NCBI GenBank assembly: GCA_964016885.1
Contig: OZ024741.1
Coordinates: forward strand, 282,224,001 to 282,288,000
DNA length: 64,000 nucleotides
Source: Eledone cirrhosa
Taxonomy: Eukaryota
Direction: 5' to 3'
Shown in pieces: positions 1-11,875 of the stretch. The notes under the pieces were generated by a model. The model did not search any database, had not been told where the DNA came from, and saw nothing but the letters and a program-made list of their open reading frames with translations. The position numbers were made by a program, and so were the translations under genes. Positions within the stretch are counted from its first letter, which is position 1, and every line of letters begins with the position of its first letter.

Positions 1-909
1 AGAATTCTTAAACCTAACATGTTTGAAGTTAGAGATATGAGAGTTAAACCTAGTCTTAAAAGTGTTTGAAGTAGATCCTATATACGTTCTTTTAGAGGAA
101 TTAGTTATAACCTCGCAAGCATAGACAATGTTCTTAGAAAGGCAGTTACCGTTTAGAGGGCAGTTAGCACTCACTCTACAATTGCACTTCCGGGTGTTAT
201 TGGTTGGCTCGAGTGGTGATGTATTGCACGTAGGACCTCTATTAGATAAGGACTGTTCTGGTGGTAAAGCATTGTCCGATGCATTCAGACTAGTAGTATG
301 TAGAGAGGAGAATCCATCCCTAATTTTCCTATTATTAGTGCTAGCTAAATGAGAACTAATATTAGGGGTGGTAGAGAATGAGAGTTTAATAACATTTTTA
401 TTAAAAATACCATGGTATTTGTGAGAAGTGGGGAAATTTTTCTCCAGGATAGTGAAGAAAGACCTAGGGATATTAGTTGATACATCCTGATTATATGGCG
501 GGTTGAAATAAGTATTCAATCGCCTTCTATTTTTATTTTTATTCTTATCGACCCTACCTCTATCAAATGTCCCACTGTCGAGACTAGGGTTACTATCGGG
601 AATAGTTGAAGCCACATTCATAGAATCAGCCATAATTTCGTTATGCCTATTATAGTTTCTACCTCCAGTAGATCCGCTGTTGTCCAGAATCCCTACAAGA
701 GGATTAAGGCCAATGATAGGATCAGTAGGAGCAACATTACTAGAATAAGATCCAGCCAAACCAACACCAATGCGTGAGCGCACAGGGGGCTCGACTTGTC
801 TCCTAGAGGTATTATATTTGTTATTACGAGTCCGGTGGGATAACTTATGGGTGGGTTCAGATACTCCTATATAAGTTCTACGGTTACTATGTTTGCTACT
901 CCCATTCAT
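1..909 (-). mobile_element. Penelope-like element fragment: open ORF (linker plus GIY-YIG endonuclease, no RT) running off the window start
   Basis: Hand translation from ATG 909 has no stop down to base 1. It contains RRRLNTYFNPPYNQDVSTNIPRSFFTILEKNFP..HGIFNKNVIKLSFS and CNCRVSANCPLNGNCLSKNIVYACEV..RTYIGSTSNTFKTRFNSH (PLE linker plus GIY-YIG motifs). Absent from the ORF track because its stop lies outside the window. Confidence 0.88.
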
Positions 910-1029
910 GGCCTTGTTATGTGATATAATGTTATTATTATTAAGAGTTTCTTAATATTATTATTCTTAATGTTATTATTCTTCAGAGTTTCTGGCTTGT
1001 ATCTGCCGATATTACCTCTTGTTGTTTTG

Positions 1030-1074
1030 ATTGCCCTGATGAGTCCTTAATAGGACGAAACATTGTCGGCTAAT
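1030..1074 (+). ncRNA. Minimal type-I hammerhead ribozyme (pLTR-type)
   Basis: gcc CTGATGA gtcct taat aggac GAAA cattg TC ggc: stem I gcc/ggc, canonical core, stem II gtcct/aggac, GUC cleavage after 1067, AATAAA at 1072. Confidence 0.88.
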
Positions 1075-1220
1075 AAAAACTTTTGATGTATTAAAGGATT
1101 CTTTGTTTTACTCTCTTAATTTTTTGGCTCTGTTTAACTGCATTGAGCTATACCTTTTACTGTCATTTCTATAATACGAAGAGGGTGTTTGACTCAAACA
1201 CGCTCCAGTATTCTAATCCT

Positions 1221-1843
1221 TATATATACATATATACATATATATATACATATTTATATTCATATATATATATATATATACATATTTATATTTATATATA
1301 CATATTTATATATACATATATACATATTTATATTTATATATACATATATACATATATATATACATATATACATATTTATATTTATATATACATATATATA
1401 TATATATATATACATATATACATATTTATATATATATATATACATATTTATATATATACATATATACATATTTATATATATATATATATATATATACATA
1501 TATACATATTTATATATATATATATATACATATTTATATATATATATATATATACATATTTATATATATATATACATATATACATATTTATATATATATA
1601 TATACATATTTATATATATACATATATACATATTTATATATATATTTATATATATACATATATACATATTTATATATATATATATAGATATTTATATATA
1701 TACATATATACATATATACATATTTATATATATATATATAAAAACATATTTATATATATATATATATATATATACATATATACATATTTATATATATATA
1801 TATATATATACATATATACATATTTATATATATATATATATAT
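1221..1843. repeat. Compound (TA)n array with TACATA/TATTTA variants
   Basis: Directly visible; produces spurious YI-rich ORFs. Confidence 0.97.
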
Positions 1844-4800
1844 TTCATTTTCATAACTAACATACAAAATATTTCATCAGAAATTGCTTTCAATCAAATG
1901 TTCAAAAGAGATTAATGAAGAGGGAAAGCATCGTTAATAGACAATAATGATATACTTTGGAAAAATCTAAATAAAATCTAACCAACTAAGCCAACTGGCT
2001 GCCAACCAAAACATAATCAAGTATTGATCTTTTTAAGAAGGAAATGGAAACCAGAATTATGATAACTTGATACATACTATGTAATATCATATTATAGTCA
2101 GCTTACTAAGTGAACAAAGTCTAAGTAATATGAATGAAAGTAAAATAACAGACAAAACAGAAATATAATTAATTTTCCACCAATAAAAGAGAGAATAGTA
2201 ACGAAGTTGATTGAAATGATGATAGTGCTGTTGATGCTAATAGCGATAATCATGAGGGCTTGCATCAGTATCTTCATTATTAGTATTCATTGTTTTTCAT
2301 ATAGCTTTAGGTAATACAGATAGCGATGAGAGTAGGTTGTAGACAGCTGTTTAGATGCTTTATAGCAGTAGTTCTTCACACATCTACAGATGCAAAACCT
2401 CAAACAAATCTTCAGTGTTGCATCCTGAAGTCACTGGGCTTCTTTTTTGTGGTCTTATAACAGTCATTCTCGCCCAGGTGACCCAACTAACGTTGATCAA
2501 GCCTCAGTCTGTATCCAAGTGGCATACATACTACTGATACCCACTAATCATTTGTCTTCAACCATAACCATCATTTAAAGGCTCTCACTGCTCTTTCCAC
2601 ATTGTTCCTCTTGTCTCTCCTCCTGCTTGCTCCTGTAATGTCCACAGTTCTGTTAGCTTTGATAAAACCCTCTTGCCTTATATTTCTGAGCTCAAATCTA
2701 AACAAAATCATGTTTAAATACCATCACTATCATCATCCAATGCCTGTCTTTCCTGTTAGCAAAAGTTGAACAGGTCTCCACATGACCGAGTCATTACTTT
2801 AGCTAATCTAACGACCTTACAGATGGGCTGGAGGCCTACATTGTGCTTACATATGTTCCCATGCTCTACTGTGTGCATTTTATCATGGCACCAACATTAG
2901 AGAGGTTGTCATGTCTTTGACACACCTGAAGTGTCATCACAACCCTTTCTTTGCTTGGCAGGTTTTCTATGGCTGGATGCCCAACCTATCACCAACAACT
3001 TTACAGAGTGTACTGGATGCATTTATCATGTAATAAATAAAAAAAAAAATAATAATAATGAAATTACTGTGTACAGTGCTCAGGTGTACTACAAATGTAG
3101 ATCACCAACACTAAGGAAGTTGTCATGTCTATGACACATTTGAAGAGTCTTTCTGACATTTTGTTTTGTAAGCTTTCTACAGCTGAATGCCCTCCTATGA
3201 AATTCACTAAAATAAGTACAAATAAGAAACTAACAACTGCACGCGATGAAAAATTATTATCACTTCAATTACAGGAGTTGATAAAATAAAGTACTGGGGT
3301 CAGTATAATCGACTTTCTCCTCCAATTTGTTGATCTTGTGCCTAAATTAGAAATCACTTTGACTTCATTGTATACCGAAGGCAAAAGAAGTTATCTCCCT
3401 TACCATTCCTGCTGAACAAAGATGAAAGTATAAGATTTATGAAGAGAAAATAATAGTAATTATTATTATTATTTCTTCCATAGCAATAATAATAATTGTT
3501 TCTACATTTGGCACAAGGCCAGCAATTTGAAGGGAAGGGGAAAGTCGATTAAATCGATCCTAGTGAAATTACTGGTGCTTTATTTTGTCTACCTTGTAAG
3601 GATGAAAAGCAAAGCTTAACCACAGATGGTTTACACCAAGAAAAACATTATAATGGCACAGGACAAAATCAGAGTCTGTGTATGTGTGTTAGGATGTGGG
3701 TTTTGCATATAAACAAATTTTAACAATGTTAAAAAAGAAAGATAACAATAAAATTTAAAACAAAGGCGGTTCCTCAATAGGGAGGAGACGTTTGAGGGTC
3801 ACTCGTGGAAAAAACCCCATAAAACCATGGTTGCCCTGATCTCTAGGGTAAGTGCCCTGTCCTAGTTGCTCTCCTCTAATCTACAGGCTCACACTCAGAG
3901 TGGGCCCATTCACTTGGGTCATGCTCGCCTCTCTCAACCACCTTTCAACAAATTGCTTTAAAAGCAGCACTTTGCTTTCCACCCTGATTTCCCTCTTCAA
4001 GTGAAACCTGAAGAAGCTTTGCCAAAGAGGAAAATGCTCGTCTTCAACCCTTTCAAGCATGTCCCCCATACAATCTCTTTCACCATGGCCACAAGACAGA
4101 TAAAAACAGACTGCCCTTCTTGACTAAAAACGTTGATATCGGCAGCAGTTGTTGTTGTGGTAACTATAATCCTCCTTTACATCTTCATCATCTGAATTAT
4201 TGTTGTTGTCATCATAATTGTTTCTATTTTTGGCACAAGGCCAGCAATTACTCAGTGTATTACTGGTACTTTATTTTATTGACCCCGTGTTGTCATCATA
4301 ATGATAGATAATAATAACAATGATGAATGACAACCTTTTCAACATTAATATTGTTACTGATTGAAGAGAGCCGTACTTGGTACAGATTAATGTTTCTCAG
4401 GTGAAAGCTGATCAGATCTGCTAACTGGACATTACCACTTCCTCAGTGGTATATCATACTGGTTATTTTAGATGTCTAAGATACTGACCAGCAAAAGATA
4501 GGAAATTAGAAAGAAATCAGCCACAACATATCCCCCTTTCCTCCCATTCCTCCTCATCATCATTTTTGTTTTTATGTTGACTTTTTCATGCTGGTATGGC
4601 ATGGACATGATTTTTTGAGGCAATGTTTTACAGTCAGATGCCTTTCCCGACACTACCCGTTTAGTTGCTTCTTATGACATACAAGAATACAATAAGCTTA
4701 TTCTAAACTGAACACACACAGTTAAATATATGTGCAACAATATCTATCTATATATATATAAATAAATATAGATATATATACTCACTTATTTTTGTGAAGT

Positions 4801-6168
4801 TTTAAAACAAATTTTTTCTTATGTGTTGGGATAACGATTGAAATATTTTCTAAGTGTTCCTTCTGAAATAGAAGAAAAAAGGAAAGAGAATTAATTAAAT
4901 GAATAGCAATGCCAATGAAATGAAGCAGTGATAAATAGCATTGCAGTCACAGTAAAAATACGTCAGAATAAAAAGATGTCGCAGAAAGAGATGTCATAAT
5001 AAAAAGATGTCAAATGCTACATTTACTTTATTTGTTAAAATATAATTCACCTTATTAGAATAAAAAAGCTCTAGCAGGTGATCAAAATTATTGATGTAAA
5101 CGATTTTTAATTTTGACACAACGCCAACAATTTAGAGGGAGGAGGAAGGGGAAAGTTGATTATACCAACCTCAGAATTTTTCTGGTACTTATTTAACAAT
5201 CTCTATTTGACAAACTGCTAAGACATAAACCGCTCTGGTTTTTAAGTGGAGTCAATATAAAAATATGAGGACATGCACATATACACATTCACACACACAA
5301 ACGTACATACATAAATATATAATGAGTTTCTGCACAGTTTCACCTACCAAATTTCACTCTCAAGCATTGGTCAACTCTAAGCTATAACAGAAAACACTTG
5401 CCCAAGGTGCCATAGAGTGAGACTGTACCCCAAACCACATGGCTGTGAAGTGAACTTCTTAATTACACAATCATCATCCTCATCATCAGTTTTATGTTCA
5501 CTTTTCCATGCTGGCATGGGTTTGGATGGGATGGTTTGAGACAATGTTTTACAGCTGAATGCCCTCCTGATGTCAACCCTATTAGTCACCTCTTACAGCA
5601 TGCAGGGTTATGGTGTGACAATTTTAAAAACCAGTATTATTTAAAAAAAATTACTTTTGCTGGCTGAGTCAGTATCCATAACCCATTTCAAGCTTCTGAG
5701 AAGAGGCCTTGGTGGGAAGATGTCATGTCTTTTTCAAGGCACTATATTCTAGTTGCCAAGTTTGCTTCAAGGGAAAGAAAGTTACCAGTGACTAGCTAAC
5801 ATCTGATTCAGAAAATTTTCCTAAGATCAGATTAATGCTATAAAATTGGAAATGTAGAATATCAGCATCACAAAGGAAGGACATATTGGATTGTGTACTC
5901 TTAGATACGCTATACTTGTAAAAAAAAAAAATCCTGATTTATCAAAGAGGGAATGTCTATAATCATGTGACTGGTCATGTGATACATATAGATGATGATT
6001 ATTGGGTGAAGAAGTAGCAAGAAATCCCAGTGGAAGAGAGCTACAGTAGAGGACATCCATCCCATGTAAGCATGGAAAAATGGATGCAAAACAGTGATGA
6101 CTTTGATGATGATGATGATGAAAGCATTTGATCAGAAGACTGGATAAGCAGTGGGAATACTGATGATC

Positions 6169-7372
6169 ATAAGACAGAAGAAACAAGGCAGGAATGCCTG
6201 TGGTCATAAGACTGAACAAACAAGGCAGGAATGTCTGTGGTCATAAGACTGAAGAAACAAGGCAGAAATGAGTGTTGTCATAAGACTGGGCTATCAAGGC
6301 AGGAATGACTGTGGTGATAAGACTGGGCTATCAAGGCAGGAATGACTGTGGTCATAAGACTGGGCTATCAAGGCAGGAATGACTGTGGTCATAAGACTGG
6401 GCTATCAAGGCAGGAATGACTGTGGTCATAAGACTGGGCTATCAAGGCAGGAATGACTGTGGTCATAAGACTGGGCTATCAAGGCAGGAATGACTGTGGT
6501 GATAAGACTGGGCTATCAAGGCAGGAATGACTGTGGTGATAAGACTGGGCTATCAAGGCAGGAATGACTGTGGTGATAAGACTGGGCTATCAAGGCAGGA
6601 ATGACTGTGGTCATAAGACTGGGCTATCAAGGCAGGAATGACTGTGGTTATAAGACTGGGCTATCAAGGCAGGAATGACTGTGGTCATAAGACTGGGCTA
6701 TCAAGGCAGGAATGACTGTGGTGATAAGACTGGGCTATCAAGGCAGGAATGACTGTGGTCATAAGACTGGGCTATCAAGGCAGGAATGACTGTGGTCATA
6801 AGACTGGGCTATCAAGGCAGGAATGACTGTGGTCATAAGACTGGGCTATCAAGGCAGGAATGACTGTGGTCATAAGACTGGACTATCAAGGCAGGAATGA
6901 CAGTGGTGATAAGACTGGGCTATCAAGGCAGGAATGACTGTGGTCATAAGACTGGGCTATCAAGGCAGGAATGATTGCGGCCATAAGACTGGGCTATCAA
7001 GGCAGGAATGACTGTGGTCATAAGACTGGGCTATCAAGGCAGGAATGACTGTGGTCATAAGACTGGACTATCAAGGCAGGAATGACAGTGGTGATAAGAC
7101 TGGGCTATCAAGGCAGGAATGACTGTGGTCATAAGACTGGGCTATCAAGGCAGGAATGATTGCGGCCATAAGACTGGGCTATCAAGGCAGGAATGACTGT
7201 GGTCACAAGACTGGACTGTCAAGGCAGGAATGACTGGGCTATCAAGGCAGGAATGACTGTGGTCATAAGACTGGACTATCAAGGCAGGAATGATTGTGGT
7301 CATAAGACTGGATTGTCATGGCAGAAATGACTGTGGTCATAAGACTGGATTGTCGTCATAAGACTGGACTGT
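6169..7372. repeat. 37-bp minisatellite, about 32 copies
   Basis: Unit taagactgggctatcaaggcaggaatgactgtggtca (e.g. starts 6281, 6318); degenerate units at both ends. Confidence 0.96.
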
Positions 7373-7704
7373 CATTTATCTGCTTGATCAGAACCTGTGG
7401 TGAATCTCCATCACTCCTAATGACAAGTGTTTCAGTTTTTTGAACAATGGAATAGCCTGCTCATGAAATTAACGTGTTACTGAACCTTCTACAGATATAT
7501 GTACCTTGAACATAGTTCACAGGGAGATTCAGTGATACAGTGTGTATGACAAATCAGGCTCTCATTTTTGCCAGTTGAGTGGACTGAAACAAAGGGAAAT
7601 GTGTCTTGATCAAAGACACAATGTACCATCTGGACCAGGGCTCAATCCCATCACCTTATGACCAGAGCCGAGCACCTTAACCACTAAACTCAACAATACA
7701 ACAA

Positions 7705-7904
7705 CATTCACCTCTTTGATACCAATCCACCCAAAACATTAAATCTTAAGTTAAAATCTTCCAACATAATCTTATATAAGAACAATATGTTAAGTTACTA
7801 TTTTAATAATTAAATAATTAATAATTTTCATAAATCCTCCAAAATTCTTTATTAATTAATTTAAATAGAGTATTACATTAAAAATATGGTAACGAAAGAG
7901 TTAA
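7705..7904. mobile_element. TTAA-flanked MITE-like family copy (others about 26438-26652, 26838-27085, 27297-27553, 31830-32214, 34152-34392)
   Basis: Shared ends ttaaccctttcgttaccatatttct-like and ggtatcaaaagggttaa-like, with alignable AT-rich interiors. Confidence 0.6.
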
Positions 7905-8442
7905 AAAATGTTTTTAAGTGCAGTCCCAATTTTCTACCTTGGCAACCTGCCCTTGTTTTACTGAATAAAAATACATGTGTGTTCAGAAGCTTGCTGTTTC
8001 TCATATGTACAGAAGCAATACACAAATGCGTATATACTCCAAAGAGCAGTGACTAAAAATGACTTCTGGAAAGCAATCAATTAGAAAAACAACTATGATA
8101 AATGAGGCGAGACTTATATGAACGCTAGTAATGTCAGACTAATTCAATAATGCCAAGTTTAATAAAACACTAAATTTCTATATTCTATATTTATATTTCT
8201 AATATTTTTTTTTTTATAGATATTTGTTCAATTTTAGTAGAGCTCAGAAGTGTTTATAAATAGAACATAAGTAGAGACATGTTTCTGTGGCTAAGAAGTG
8301 CAGTTTGCAACCACATGGTTTTGGTTTTGATCCCAGCATGTAGAATCTTGGGTCAACATCTAATGTGGCCTTAGATTGCCTAGTGCCTAGGGAGTGAAAT
8401 TTGGTAGACAGTAACTTTATATAAGACAGAACTAACAGGCTT

Positions 8443-8764
8443 CATCATCATTTTACGTCCGCTTTTCCCTGCTTGCAAGGGTGGGACGGGAACTGATTCT
8501 GGCTTGATTTCTACAGCTGGATGCCCTTCCTAACACCAACCTCATTTACAGTGAGTGCTGGGTGCTTTTTTGCCGTGGCACATCCATGACCACTTTGCAG
8601 TGGAATGATCCCAGTCCCTATCATCTATCTACAGCTGAGTAAACTGGAGCAATGTGAAATAAAGTGTCTTGCTCAAGAAAACAACACATCACCCGGTCTG
8701 AGAATTGAACTCACAACCTTTCGATTGCAAGGCCAATGCTCTAACCACTAAGCCATGTGCCTCC
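8443..8764 (-). mobile_element. tRNA-headed SINE with CORE-like centre and RTE-type 3' tail
   Basis: Minus strand: A box tggcttagtggttagag, B box gagttcaattc, cttgagcaagacactttatttcac centre, tail gttggtgttaggaagggcatccagctgtagaaa...(gat)n shared with the RTE 3' UTR. Relatives at about 28361-28677(+), 29830-30133(-), 46052-46325(-), 50803-51020(-). Confidence 0.8.
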
Positions 8765-9033
8765 ATATATATATATGTGTGTGTATGTGTATATATCATC
8801 ATCATCACCACCATTTAACATCTATTTTTCCATGCTTGCATGGGTAAGATGGGTTGTCCTGTGAAACAATTCAGATTAGGTGACCATGTCTTGCTCATAT
8901 GGATCTACATTTTGGCTTGGTTCTGGATGCCATTCCTAACACCAAATATAAATATGAAATGTTGAGACTATTATTCAACTTACTACTTTATACTTAAGAA
9001 ATATCAAGTGTAGATATTATTATATTATTATTG

Positions 9034-9226
9034 GGCGGTGAATTGGCAGTATCGGTAGAGCGTCAGACGCCATACTGTGCAGCATAGAGTTACGGCCCTT
9101 TATGGTCTGAGTTTAAATCCCACCGAGGTTAACTTTGCCTTTCATCCTTATGGGGTCGATAAAATAAAGCACCAGTAATGCACTGGGATAATTGCTGGCC
9201 TTGTGCCAAAGGTAGAAACAATTAAT
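9034..9226 (+). mobile_element. Second tRNA-headed SINE family (many copies)
   Basis: ggcggtgaattggcag head, gagtttaaatccc B box, conserved gcctttcatcct..ggggtcgataaaataaag.accag centre. Copies at about 3495-3620, 10160-10365, 11395-11540, 16590-16815, 32295-32500, 32730-32855, 35155-35375, 62730-62880, 62995-63190, 63205-63400. Confidence 0.8.
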
Positions 9227-9439
9227 ATAGGGATTCTTCAACCAATAGCTAAACTTATAGCACTTTGATAGCAAACGAGAAATTAATCTGTTTGATTTCA
9301 TTTCATTCAATTGTATCTCTTTGGAGGCAGGGCTATAATTTGATTGACATTGGGGAAGCAGAGGGTAAATCTGTGATGAAAGCAAAGAACTTAAACATAG
9401 GGTAAATAATTCCTATAATAACAACAACAACACAATAAT

Positions 9440-9665
9440 TAATATATGTGTAAAAAGTAAACAATCAACAAAGCAAACAACACTGTACAATGAAGAAATA
9501 TATTAGTTTAATGCTTGATATAGAAGGAAAATAGTCTTTACGTTTTGAACATTAGTCCTTCATCAGAAGATAGGATGAGAAATAAAAGAGAAAATAGAAA
9601 GATAGAGAGTGAGAAGAGGTAGGAATGAAAAACAAATTTTTGGAGAAAAAGCACGTGTGTATTTA
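9440..9665 (-). mobile_element. Dispersed repeat carrying a decayed hammerhead (9535-9570)
   Basis: Minus strand tctt CTGATGA a ggac taat gttc AAAA cgta aaga (GAAA mutated). Flanks align with 44705-44858 plus 45808-45870 (+) and with 33735-33788. Confidence 0.7.
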
Positions 9666-9737
9666 GTCAGCCATTTCGAGAAAATGCTGGTCGAGTGGTA
9701 CCATATATATTAGAGAGGTGTTGTATATTTTGAGTGG

Positions 9738-9875
<138 letters not shown>

Positions 9876-10967
9876 CAATAACATGCATCTTAAGACCATT
9901 TCTCTTGCAGACTCCATAACAAACTTCTATATTTTGTTCTATCCTCTCCATTCACCATTTTTAGCTATATATTTCTTGCTTTCCCTTTATCTACACCCTT
10001 TCATGTTCATTTCCATCACTCCTCTCACTTTCAGCCTCCCTCAACACATGACCTAACCATGACTTTTCTAAAACAATTGTAACACAACACCAACAACAAT
10101 AATAATAATAGTAAGAAGAAAATAATGATGATGATGATGACAGGATTTTAATAAGCACCGTGATTCTTTCAAAAATTGGCACAAGAACAGCAATTTTTGG
10201 GGGGAAGAGGAAAGTCAATTACATCAACTTAATTGGTATTATATTTTATCAATCTTGGAAAGATGAAAAGTAAAGTTGGCCTTCGTAGATTTGAACTCAC
10301 AATGTAGAAAGACAACTAAATACTGCAAAGCATTTTGTCCAACACATTAACAGCTCTGCCACTCCACCACCTCCAATATTAATTTTAAAAAATGATGATG
10401 ATGGTGGGATTTTAATAAGAATCATAATAATATGCCTTGTGTAATAGAGCATAATATTGGTAGAGGCTGGGCTATGTGTTTTTGATATTGACATTTCAAA
10501 TTTAAAAAAATTAAAAAAAATCAGAGTTGTTAGCAGAATGAGTCACAGTTTAAATAAAGCTAAGGTTAAGTTATGGTTAATTAGTTAAGCTATTACTAAA
10601 CAACAAACAGTTACACTAACAAATTAAATAATTCAGTGTACAAGGGATGGAGCAGTGGAAGTTGTAATATGGAATCAAAATTGGACAACTGATTAGGTTC
10701 CTTGAGCTGGAACTGAAAGCAATATATAGCTGACTCCTCACCACAACTCAATACAACCATTAAGATAAACAATATTGTAATGAAAATGTAATGAAAGTTC
10801 AATGACAGAGCTAGGAAATATTGTGAGAGATGAATTAAGTAATGACCTTGTACACAGATTTTTACAGACACAATGATTTGTAATGTAAACCAAACAGGTT
10901 TACATTACAAATCAGGGTGAGATGGAGAGAAAGAGAGAGTGTCAACGAATTTCATTTATAATTTAGG

Positions 10968-11006
<39 letters not shown>

Positions 11007-11875
11007 CACTATGTGTGTATATGTTTCTGTCTCTATCCCCTAGCACAAGCCAAACTAAATAAAGATAGTTATTATTACTAGCCACAAGTACAGCTGCATT
11101 TCTTTGACTGTTTATAACATTTTCATCTGTCTAGTTTATAGGAACACAAAAGCTTCCAATAAATATATTTGTTAGTTAAGCTACTTGATGGTGGGAGAAG
11201 AAAGTGAAAGAGATAAAGAGGGAGAGAGGGTGCACATCATTGAAAATAAGAAGATTAGGATTAGATAAAATTAGAATTACATAAATATAAACTTCTTAAT
11301 ATTAAAAAATGTTAAATAATATAAAAAACCCAAACAAAACTGTAGCATTACTAAACAATGCAATTCTATTCTAAAAACTAATCAATCATCAAAGATAGTG
11401 AATTGACAGAGTTGTTGGGGCATTGGTTTAAATACTTTGGTATTTGTTCCGGCTCTTTGTGCTCTGAGTTTAAATCCTGATGAGGATTTAACTTTGTCCT
11501 TTCAGGATGGATAAATGAAAAACTAGTCCAGTACTGGGTTCTCACCCACCTCTCTCTCTCTCTCCTTTCCTAGAAGAAATTGGCTGTGTTAAAATTTGCT
11601 TTTCAACGTTTTGAGGTGGTTAAATGAAGTTTATCCAGTCAAATGCTGGGGTTAATTCTTCCCCTTCTGCTTGCCTGTCTGCCCCCACCCATCTCTATTA
11701 TTTTCTTTTGCTATCTTTTTTCTTCCCTGAAAGAAACTGGTTGTGTTCAGACCTGGAAGGGGATGGGTTTCACTTGGTTTAAATGCCCAAGACAAGCTGC
11801 ATGTCAAGACACCTCTTCAACTCCATCAGGAGTTATGGGCCCTTTCCATTTCTTTTCATATTCAATCATCAATTA

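Noticed and set aside
4002-4056. Hammerhead-like ctgaaga agcttt gcc aaagag gaaa atgctc
   Set aside because: Stems I-III all imperfect; may be a decayed HHR but not supportable alone.
6169-7372. CRISPR array
   Set aside because: Units are contiguous with no unique spacers, there are no cas genes, and the context is eukaryotic.
8690-8764. tRNA gene
   Set aside because: A and B boxes are present but continue into a SINE body; no complete cloverleaf.
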